Translations under genes and position numbers: made by a program
Shown here: positions 1 through 5,877 of the stretch, one piece after another
Numbering within the stretch: the stretch's first letter is position 1
Layout of the letters: every line of letters begins with the position of its first letter
The notes under the pieces: generated by a model
What the model saw: the letters and a program-made list of their open reading frames with translations, nothing else
What the model was told of the DNA's origin: nothing
Databases searched by the model: none
Origin: a virus
Lineage: Duplodnaviria > Heunggongvirae > Uroviricota > Caudoviricetes
Strand: one strand, 5' to 3'
DNA: 7,448 nt
IMG/VR virus record: IMGVR_UViG_2645728091_000018

Positions 1-296
1 CTATTTATCGGAAGGTTTATCCTGCTGCGGTTTGTTGTTGACCATATCGCACAACATAGAGAGCAGCATTAACCGTACTTTAAAGGGAGAATGACTAAAC
101 ACGCGCATACACCTCTTGAACTCATTCATAAGACCTCCTGACTTGCTAATCCCATCGATCCTTGAGGGATGATTGCATTACATACAGATATAGCACAGGC
201 TATATTATAAAGCATCAACTATCTACGAAAAACAATAACTTACAGTGTTATCAATAAGTTACGTTAGTTAATATCTGTGAGTATTCGGCAGTATTT
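1..296. other. Putative att arm / prophage-host junction region downstream of int; AT-rich, contains an IHF-consensus site; exact core not identifiable
   Basis: Lies immediately 3' of the integrase gene, where P2/186-type phages carry attP/attL. Region about 160..296 is AT-rich. 249..261 TATCAATAAGTTA matches the IHF consensus WATCAANNNNTTR. No tRNA-like T-loop or CCA end seen. Confidence 0.3.
249..261 (+). promoter_or_regulatory. Candidate IHF binding site (TATCAATAAGTTA)
   Basis: Exact match to WATCAANNNNTTR read directly from the sequence; position is consistent with an integrase arm region. A single consensus hit in AT-rich DNA is weak evidence alone. Confidence 0.3.
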
Positions 297-1337
297 CTAA
301 GCTGTCGCGACATTTTTGCGACATTTTAAGGGGTTAAGTCGCACGGCATCTTCAAGGTGGCTTGGGGCGAAATGGGCATAACGCATTGTCATAGTGATGT
401 CAGCGTGGCCGAGAATTTTTTGCAGAACCAGAATGTTTCCGCCGTTCATCATAAAGTGGCTGGCAAATGTATGGCGCAGTACATGGGTAAGCTGGCCTGA
501 GGGGAGTTCAATGCCTGCGCGTTCCAGAGCAGAGCGGAAAGCGTTATAGCAGGGTTTGGGGAACAGAGCGCCTTTCGTATCAGGCAATTCGGATAAAAGT
601 TCATCATCAAGGGGGATTGTTCTGTTGCGCTTCCCTTTGGTTTTGACGAACGTGACTTTACCGCCCGCGATCTGAGAGCTTTTCAGCGTTGCCGCTTCAT
701 TCCATCTTGCGCCGGTCGCAAGACAGATTTTTACGACTAGCTCTAAGTATTTTACTTTGCTTCGTTTGCATTCCAGCAAAAGCCGCTCAATTTCTTCAGC
801 AGTGAGGAAAGCCATTTCGGTTTCATCAGTACGATACTGCCTGACGTTTTCCAGTGGGTTGGGGGCTGACCATTCACCGATTCGTTTCAGTTCGTTGAAC
901 ATAGCCAGAAAGTAAGCATGTTCAAGGTTCATTGTTTTCGGGGAAACCTTGGATACTCTGTTAGTGCGGGCATAATGCCCATCAAGCCGTTTTGCGCGGT
1001 AGGCCGTGAACAGCTGGGCATTAAACTCTGTAGCTAGCGGGAATCCCATGCATTCTGCCGCCCAGGTCATAGCGTCTTTACGCTTTTGACCATTGCGCAA
1101 AGCTACGCCGTGGCGTTCATACCACATTGTGATCAGGTCTATTAAAGTTCGTTTGTCCTTCCCTTCACCCAGCCAGGGCGCACTGTCTACTTTCTGAAGC
1201 GTATGGTTTTCAAATGCCAGGGCTTCCCCCTTTGTGGCAAATTTTTTACGTATGCGCTTCCCGTTCTTACCATTACTACGGTTGACGGTGTAGAAGTCGG
1301 CGATCCATTCGCCTGTCGGAAGTTTACGAACACTCAT
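297..1337 (-). CDS. int: Phage tyrosine integrase (P2/186 Int family)
   Basis: ORF-track 349-aa ORF 297..1346; I prefer the ATG at 1337 (MSVRKLPTGEW...), the track start at 1346 is TTG. C-terminal catalytic signatures HVLRHTFASHF and MTMRYAHF (active-site Tyr) are typical of tyrosine recombinases. Position adjacent to and co-directional with the repressor matches 186/P2. Confidence 0.93.
   Translation of the reverse strand: MSVRKLPTGEWIADFYTVNRSNGKNGKRIRKKFATKGEALAFENHTLQKVDSAPWLGEGKDKRTLIDLITMWYERHGVALRNGQKRKDAMTWAAECMGFPLATEFNAQLFTAYRAKRLDGHYARTNRVSKVSPKTMNLEHAYFLAMFNELKRIGEWSAPNPLENVRQYRTDETEMAFLTAEEIERLLLECKRSKVKYLELVVKICLATGARWNEAATLKSSQIAGGKVTFVKTKGKRNRTIPLDDELLSELPDTKGALFPKPCYNAFRSALERAGIELPSGQLTHVLRHTFASHFMMNGGNILVLQKILGHADITMTMRYAHFAPSHLEDAVRLNPLKCRKNVATA
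307..327. repeat. Tandem direct repeat GCGACATTTT (two copies, 11-bp period) at the 3' end of int
   Basis: GCGACATTTT at 307..316 and again at 318..327, read directly. Overlaps the last codons of int (KCRKNVATA). Confidence 0.5.
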
Positions 1338-1338
1338 T

Positions 1339-1917
1339 TCATTCAATCGTCAGAACAATGCGGCCGATGATTTTTATATCGTCAATACCGCAGTCAAAAG
1401 CCATACCTACGCCGCTTACTCTAACCTTTCCCACAGGGATGCGTGTTAGTGTTCTAACGCTGGTTTTACCTTCAACTTCGACAAGCCAAACATCGTCATA
1501 AACTTCAGTAAAGTGTTGATCAACAATGTATTGCATTGTGTTATCAATCACACAGATAGGATTCTGCGGTAAAGGTTTGCCAGGTAAAAAAGTAACCTTA
1601 TCAAGCATTAGGAAACCAGACTCATAAAGTTTTCCGTCCACAATCTTCTTGCGTGGCAGTTTCATGATGTCTAATTCGTCATCGTTAAACTTTCTACCTT
1701 GTCCAGTCGCAAGCCATTCCAGAGTAGCTCCTGTTTCAGCCATACATCTAACAACGATATCAGCTGGAAAAAAATCCCTCTTATACCGGTTAGCCAGACT
1801 GCTGCTTGCTATATCAAGATGCTCAGCTAGGGCTAGTTTTGTGTTGAATCCATACGCTTGGATAACTCTATCTAGTACCTCAGATCCGCCCTGGGAAAAC
1901 TCAATTTGTAGGTTCAC
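1339..1917 (-). CDS. cI: CI-type immunity repressor (186 CI-like; N-terminal HTH, C-terminal oligomerisation domain)
   Basis: 192-aa ORF immediately upstream of int with a 1-nt gap. N-terminus VLDRVIQAYGF...LAEHLDIASSSLANRYKR resembles the 186 CI HTH region as I remember it. GTG start at 1915..1917 with AGGT about 9 nt upstream. Confidence 0.8.
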   Translation of the reverse strand: MNLQIEFSQGGSEVLDRVIQAYGFNTKLALAEHLDIASSSLANRYKRDFFPADIVVRCMAETGATLEWLATGQGRKFNDDELDIMKLPRKKIVDGKLYESGFLMLDKVTFLPGKPLPQNPICVIDNTMQYIVDQHFTEVYDDVWLVEVEGKTSVRTLTRIPVGKVRVSGVGMAFDCGIDDIKIIGRIVLTIE

Positions 1918-2036
1918 GAAAGTATTACCTTGAAATATTGCGCAAAGTGAGTTTAAACTCCGCTTTGTAGGTTTAAGTGAATATTGACAGTTACAGCCCT
2001 GTATTGCCGTACAGGTTAACTTATGGAGTTTGCCTC
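1918..2036. promoter_or_regulatory. Lysis-lysogeny switch region (expected convergent pR/pL promoters and operators)
   Basis: Intergenic region between divergently oriented cI and apl. Contains TTGACA at 1984..1989 and an operator-like palindrome CCTGTA-N6-TACAGG (1998..2015) with an extra TACAG at 1992..1996. I could not pair a convincing -10 with any -35, so promoter positions are not called. Confidence 0.5.
1999..2014. promoter_or_regulatory. Palindromic operator candidate CTGTATTGCCGTACAG (fits LexA core CTGT-N8-ACAG; may instead be a CI/Apl operator)
   Basis: Read directly: CTGT at 1999..2002, ACAG at 2011..2014. Flanking AT/GT partly match the SOS-box consensus, but the GC-rich centre is atypical. 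Confidence 0.3.
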
Positions 2037-2258
2037 ATGCGTCCGAACATTACAATCATCATCCCTGAGCCATACCTGCCTTTAGACGAGTATTGCCGTC
2101 GTACTGGTACCAACAAAGAAACTGCTAGGAACCTGATCGAATACGGAAAATTACCAATTAAGCCGAAGGGTAAGCAGAAGAAAGGCCTGGTAGAAGTCAA
2201 CATGGCCGCGCTCACCATTCAGGCTTTAAGCGAATGTGACATTTCGCTTAACGCGTAA
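2037..2258 (+). CDS. apl: Apl/Cox-like excisionase and switch regulator (small HTH protein)
   Basis: First gene transcribed away from cI, as in 186 (apl) and P2 (cox). ATG at 2037 with GGAG 8 nt upstream; the ORF-track start at 1977 is a non-ATG extension. 73 aa; basic segment ETARNLIEYGKLPIKPKGKQKKG resembles Xis/AlpA-type DNA-binding proteins. Confidence 0.7.
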   Translation: MRPNITIIIPEPYLPLDEYCRRTGTNKETARNLIEYGKLPIKPKGKQKKGLVEVNMAALTIQALSECDISLNA

Positions 2259-2288
2259 TCCATCCTACGGATTAGGGAGAGGCAAACA

Positions 2289-2792
2289 ATGTTTGATTAC
2301 CAGACCTCTAAACATGCGCACTTTGATGCGGCTTGCCGAGCATTTGCAATTGAGCACAATCTGGAAGATGTGGCCGCTGCCGTTGGTATGAGGCCGCAGA
2401 TCCTGCGCAACAAACTGAACCCAGCGCAACCGCACCGCCTGACCTGTGATGAGCTTTTGGCTATCACGGATTACACAGAAGATGCGCGTTTACTTGATGG
2501 GATGTTAGGTCAGATTAACTGCCTTCCATCCGTGCCGGTAAACAATGCTACTGAAGCCAACATGCAACTGTGTGCACTTAGCGCCACTGCATGTGTGGGC
2601 GCGATTGCTGGGGAAGCCGTATCAACTGGTCATATGACCGCAGCCCGCCGTACTCAAATTCTGGATCGCGCCCGCGATGCAATCCGTAGCTTATCCGTGC
2701 TGGCTTATACAGTTGAAAGCCGTATTCACTCTGCGCCGGTTCTGGCTGCTGCGGTGGATCTGGTCACAACCAACGCTACCGGCCTGATGTGA
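2289..2792 (+). CDS. cII: CII-like lysogeny-establishment regulator (186 CII family)
   Basis: 167 aa; N-terminus MFDYQTSKHAHFDAACRAF...LRNKLNPAQPH closely resembles 186 CII as I remember it. GGGAGAGG RBS 8 nt upstream; position after apl matches 186 gene order. Confidence 0.85.
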   Translation: MFDYQTSKHAHFDAACRAFAIEHNLEDVAAAVGMRPQILRNKLNPAQPHRLTCDELLAITDYTEDARLLDGMLGQINCLPSVPVNNATEANMQLCALSATACVGAIAGEAVSTGHMTAARRTQILDRARDAIRSLSVLAYTVESRIHSAPVLAAAVDLVTTNATGLM

Positions 2793-2801
2793 GGGAACAC
2801 C

Positions 2802-2975
2802 ATGAAAGCGTTTGTCACTTACCTGAAAAAAGAATCACCAGCCATGCAGTTGCCGAGTGGTTCAACGGGCTGGATAGAACTGCCGAACGGTCAGCGCTGG
2901 AACCCTGGCCACATGTACAAATTCAATGGCCAGCAGCCGCGCCGCCCGTGGTGGTGTCGTCTGATGGGGTTATAG
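2802..2975 (+). CDS. Small hypothetical protein (57 aa), not in the ORF track; occupies the 186 fil-like position
   Basis: ATG at 2802 with GAGGGA RBS 5 nt upstream, overlapping the cII stop. Translation MKAFVTYLKKESPAMQLPSGSTGWIELPNGQRWNPGHMYKFNGQQPRRPWWCRLMGL, stop TAG 2973..2975. Codon usage is host-typical, whereas the overlapping track frame (2789..2983) has rare AGG/AGA/ATA codons and a GTG start with no SD. Confidence 0.5.
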   Translation: MKAFVTYLKKESPAMQLPSGSTGWIELPNGQRWNPGHMYKFNGQQPRRPWWCRLMGL

Positions 2976-2983
2976 GGGGCGTT

Positions 2984-3412
2984 ATGGCGATTAGCCAGGA
3001 ACAGCAAAAGCGCGGGCTGGAGCATTTAAAACAGATCCGCCGCAAATACTTCAGCGAAAGCAGTGAGGCCGCTGAATGGTGGGACAACTTAACACCAGAG
3101 TGGCGGGGTGTAGTGCTTCATGCTGCTGCGGTTACATCTGGTACTGGGGCATTTAAAGCCCACTTAAGCAAGTGCTGCTGGCGGGAGCTTTATGAACGCC
3201 TGGGCTATCGGGACATGATTCAACTGCGCCAGGGCATTTCACGGGCGCGGTTAACGTTTGAAGGTTTCGGCAGTTTACGTGACAGCGATTTTTCAAAGCG
3301 CACCGCGAACCGCCCGATCAAAAAGGCACATCCAATTTATAGCAGTAGCGGGGTGCAGATGGTGATCGCGCCTCATATCGTCCATAAGTTCCAGCAACAG
3401 GGGAATCACTAA
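2984..3412 (+). CDS. Hypothetical phage early protein (142 aa)
   Basis: ATG at 2984 (MAISQEQQKRGLEHL...) with a GGGGG run just upstream; same frame as the distal part of the track ORF 2789..3412. Stop TAA overlaps the next start (TAATG). No recognisable catalytic motif. Confidence 0.6.
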   Translation: MAISQEQQKRGLEHLKQIRRKYFSESSEAAEWWDNLTPEWRGVVLHAAAVTSGTGAFKAHLSKCCWRELYERLGYRDMIQLRQGISRARLTFEGFGSLRDSDFSKRTANRPIKKAHPIYSSSGVQMVIAPHIVHKFQQQGNH

Positions 3413-3813
3413 TGACCATTATTTCCGTTGAGGGTAAATCGTTGGGGGCTGAACTGGCTGTGTGGGGTGTCCCGCATAACTACGCTGTAGCGTTTGCAGC
3501 GAAAAGTACCAGTAAAAATGGCCGCATCGCTTTGCATCCGTTCTTCTTCAATGACACTGAACACATGACAAATCCGCGTCACTGGCTGGCTATCAATGCC
3601 GCTTTCTGGTGCTGCGTGTATCGCGAAGCGGAAAGCAAAGAAGCCCAGATAGAAGCGCTGGCGGGGATTCGTGCAATTTTCTATACAGCCGGGGCGCTGG
3701 GTGTTGGCGAGATAAAAGCGCTGATCCAGGAGTGGTGGCGGACAACCTATGAGCTTCACCTGATTCCGGCACCGAACTACTCAGCCGCCACAGTACAACC
3801 CACTTTTCACTAA
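3412..3813 (+). CDS. Hypothetical phage early protein (133 aa)
   Basis: ATG at 3412 overlapping the upstream stop, AGGGGAA 7 nt upstream; intact 133-aa ORF. No recognisable motif; function unknown. Confidence 0.6.
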   Translation: MTIISVEGKSLGAELAVWGVPHNYAVAFAAKSTSKNGRIALHPFFFNDTEHMTNPRHWLAINAAFWCCVYREAESKEAQIEALAGIRAIFYTAGALGVGEIKALIQEWWRTTYELHLIPAPNYSAATVQPTFH

Positions 3814-3830
3814 TTAACAGCCTGAATTTT

Positions 3831-3866
3831 TTGGCCACGGTTCAAGTGGCCGGGGATTCTTTTGCC
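3831..3866 (+). terminator. GC-rich hairpin followed by a U-rich tract; possible weak intra-operon terminator or attenuator
   Basis: GGCCAC (3833..3838), 7-nt loop, GTGGCC (3846..3851), then GGGGATTCTTTTG. Sits in the only sizeable intergenic gap (3814..3880) of the early operon. Stem is short and the T-run is interrupted. Confidence 0.25.
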
Positions 3867-3880
3867 TTAAGGAAACCAAA

Positions 3881-4114
3881 ATGCACATGACACGTCAGGA
3901 TTTACCCGCAACAAAATCAGGCACCGACCTGCTGGCCATGCTCACCAAAGCCACGCAGGAAGGTAAAGCCGCAGCTGCTGATCTGTGTTCCACCCGTCTG
4001 GATAAGTTAGCCACTCATGCGGCCAATGAAGGTTTAAGCGCAACGGAAATCGTTGAGTTAATCCGCGAAGAAGCCGCAGCGATTTGCAGCAAAGGAGGTG
4101 CGGCATGGAATTGA
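3881..4114 (+). CDS. Small hypothetical Ala-rich helical protein (77 aa); possibly like the small orf80-type proteins of P2-like phages
   Basis: ATG at 3881 with AAGGAAA upstream; stop overlaps the start of the exonuclease gene by 10 nt. Family assignment is memory-based and unverified. Confidence 0.5.
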   Translation: MHMTRQDLPATKSGTDLLAMLTKATQEGKAAAADLCSTRLDKLATHAANEGLSATEIVELIREEAAAICSKGGAAWN

Positions 4115-4701
4115 AAACTAAGAAATTGCAGTCTTCTATCAGTCAGCTAGCACAACAGTGGCTTGACGATGATCGCCTATTTATTGATACCGAAACCACG
4201 GGGTTGGGTGATGATGCAGAAATAGTAGAAATATGCATCATTGATAGCCATGGATTTATTCTGCTCAACACGCTTGTAAAACCCACTAAGCCTATTCCTG
4301 ATGAAGCAATTGCCATTCATGGGATCACAAATGAAATGGTCGCTTTTGCGCCGGCCTGGACTGATATATGCGGGGCAGCGGAGGAACTATTTCGGCGCTT
4401 TGGGTTTGTTATCTATAACGCCGATTTTGATCTCCGGTTAATTCGTCAGACCTACGCATTGAATGGAAGGCCTTCTGAAGGTGTGCCATGGATGCTTGCT
4501 GCTAATTCTGTTTGCGCAATGAAACTTTATGCAGAGTATCGCGGCGAGCCGGGAAAATATCACGGTTATAAATGGCATAAATTAGTTGACGCTGCTGCGC
4601 ATGAAGGAGTTGTGATCGAGGGGCAGGCACACCGTGCTTTAGCTGATTGCAAAATGACATTAGGTGTCATCAAAGCTTTAGCGCAAGGCGGTGCAAAATG
4701 A
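4105..4701 (+). CDS. DnaQ-like 3'-5' exonuclease (DEDDh family)
   Basis: Exo I motif FIDTETTGL, Exo II YNADFDL, Exo III HRALADC (H-x4-D) all present in the translation. ATG at 4105 with AAGGAGGTG RBS 5 nt upstream; the track start at 4084 is TTG. Stop overlaps the next start (ATGA). Confidence 0.88.
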   Translation: MELKTKKLQSSISQLAQQWLDDDRLFIDTETTGLGDDAEIVEICIIDSHGFILLNTLVKPTKPIPDEAIAIHGITNEMVAFAPAWTDICGAAEELFRRFGFVIYNADFDLRLIRQTYALNGRPSEGVPWMLAANSVCAMKLYAEYRGEPGKYHGYKWHKLVDAAAHEGVVIEGQAHRALADCKMTLGVIKALAQGGAK

Positions 4702-5027
4702 CAATCAAAACCCACACGATAAAGATTGCGCCAAAATACCTTGATGCTGTGGTGGCTGGCCAGAAAAAGGCCGAGCTGCGTAAAAACGATCGCGGGTATA
4801 AAACCGGTGATGTTCTTTCACTGTGCGAGTGGAAGCACGGAAAATACACCGGGAGAGAGTGGGCGGCGGTTATCACCCATGTTTTGCCTGTAAATGAAAT
4901 TATCGCTGATACCGAAAACTGGGCGGTTTTGTCCATCCGTTCACTGTCGCCGCTTGAAGTGCTGGAATACATCATTTCAAACGGTGTCACTGAGGCGTTA
5001 GCAGGCGGAGGTCAATATGGCCGTTAA
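4698..5027 (+). CDS. ASCH / PUA-like domain protein (DUF3850-like), 109 aa
   Basis: [40 protein letters not shown]... matches the N-terminal pattern I recall for DUF3850/ASCH proteins. ATG at 4698 overlaps the exonuclease stop; the track start at 4647 would give a 55-nt overlap and is less likely. Confidence 0.7.
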   Translation: MTIKTHTIKIAPKYLDAVVAGQKKAELRKNDRGYKTGDVLSLCEWKHGKYTGREWAAVITHVLPVNEIIADTENWAVLSIRSLSPLEVLEYIISNGVTEALAGGGQYGR

Positions 5028-5877
5028 AACTCCGCTTAAATGGGTGGGCAGCAAAGCCCGCCTTATGCCTAAGCTGCGTTCGCACCTTCCAGAAGGTAAA
5101 CGCCTGGTTGAACCGTTCGCAGGTTCCTGCGCCGTCATGATGAATACGGATTATGACGAGTATCTGATCGCAGATGTGAATCCTGATCTGGTTAATCTTT
5201 ATAAGGCGATGGCGTATCACACTGATGTGCTGCTGAATGAGGTGGAGATCCTGTTTTCTGCCGGTTCGTTAGGTGATGAAGAAAGCCGTGCCGTTTTCTA
5301 TTACGCAGTGCGTGATGCTTTCAATCTTTCTGGTGGTAAGGCTGGTTCTGAATCCGTTGAAAATGCTGCGCGTTTCCTGTACCTGAATCGCCACTGCTTC
5401 AATGGCCTGTGCCGGTATAACCGCCGAGGCCAGTTCAACGTCCCGTTCGGTAAGTACAAAAAGCCTTATTTCCCCGCTGATGAAATCCGCGCCTTTGCTG
5501 AAAAAGCGAAACGCGCAACGTTCATTACTGCCCACTATTCAGAAACACTCGATTTGGTTCGGGACGGGAATGACGTTGTTTACTGTGATCCGCCTTATCT
5601 GACTGATACCGCCAATTTCACCGCTTACCATGAACGTGGCTTTTCGCACATGGATCAGGGGCGGCTGGCGCGTAAGCTGCGCCGTCTGGCTGAACGTGGG
5701 ATTCCGGTTGTCGCGTCAAACAGCGATCTGGAAATGGTTCATTACCTGTACGCCGGATTTGAAGCCGTAAAGGTAAATGCGCCGCGTAGTGTTGGTGCGG
5801 CAGCTGCAAGCCCGAAAATGGCGGCGGAGCTGATTCTTAAATGGCCTTTACCGGCGACTCATGAGGCCAGCGCATGA
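5017..5877 (+). CDS. dam: Dam-family DNA N6-adenine methyltransferase (probably GATC-specific)
   Basis: Motif [10 protein letters not shown] and motif IV VYCDPPY, plus long colinear similarity to E. coli Dam as I recall it ([52 protein letters not shown]). GGAGGT RBS 5 nt upstream; start overlaps the ASCH gene by 11 nt. Confidence 0.93.
   Translation: MAVKTPLKWVGSKARLMPKLRSHLPEGKRLVEPFAGSCAVMMNTDYDEYLIADVNPDLVNLYKAMAYHTDVLLNEVEILFSAGSLGDEESRAVFYYAVRDAFNLSGGKAGSESVENAARFLYLNRHCFNGLCRYNRRGQFNVPFGKYKKPYFPADEIRAFAEKAKRATFITAHYSETLDLVRDGNDVVYCDPPYLTDTANFTAYHERGFSHMDQGRLARKLRRLAERGIPVVASNSDLEMVHYLYAGFEAVKVNAPRSVGAAAASPKMAAELILKWPLPATHEASA

Noticed and set aside
1-129. Short minus-strand ORF ending at position 1 (about 42 codons from the ATG at 129..127)
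   Set aside because: Below a meaningful length, reaches the window edge, no recognisable motif and no clear RBS; could be chance or the end of a flanking gene, so not called.
1-296. tRNA gene at the integration site
   Set aside because: Looked for T-loop-like GGTTCGAATCC-type sequences and acceptor/CCA ends on both strands and found none; any tRNA target would lie outside the window.
1649-1933. 94-aa plus-strand ORF antisense to cI
   Set aside because: Fully embedded antisense within the well-supported repressor gene; Ser/Leu-rich translation typical of a shadow ORF.
1984-1989. Sigma-70 promoter anchored on the perfect -35 TTGACA
   Set aside because: No acceptable -10 hexamer at 16-18 bp spacing (GCCGTA/CCGTAC). 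Promoters surely exist in the switch region, but exact elements cannot be assigned from sequence alone.
2021-2218. 65-aa minus-strand ORF antisense to apl
   Set aside because: Overlaps the better-supported apl gene; no RBS, no recognisable features.
2789-3412. 207-aa ORF from the track as a single gene
   Set aside because: GTG start without an SD, rare AGG/AGA/ATA codons and low-complexity translation in its first 65 codons. Better explained as a 57-aa gene in another frame (2802..2975) plus a 142-aa gene starting at the internal ATG 2984.
3409-3838. Minus-strand ORFs 3409..3759 and 3593..3838
   Set aside because: Antisense shadow ORFs inside the 133-aa plus-strand gene; the plus-strand gene fits the operon and has proper RBS/start coupling.
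4084-4104. Upstream extended starts for the exonuclease (TTG 4084), ASCH protein (ATG 4647) and apl (1977)
   Set aside because: Each extension lacks an SD and would create long overlaps with the upstream gene; downstream ATGs with good RBS spacing are preferred.
4647-5809. Minus- and alternate-frame ORFs over the ASCH and dam genes (4670..4990, 4987..5220, 5269..5535, 5402..5602, 5618..5809)
   Set aside because: All lie within or antisense to the ASCH and Dam genes, which have strong motif support; none has a convincing start context.
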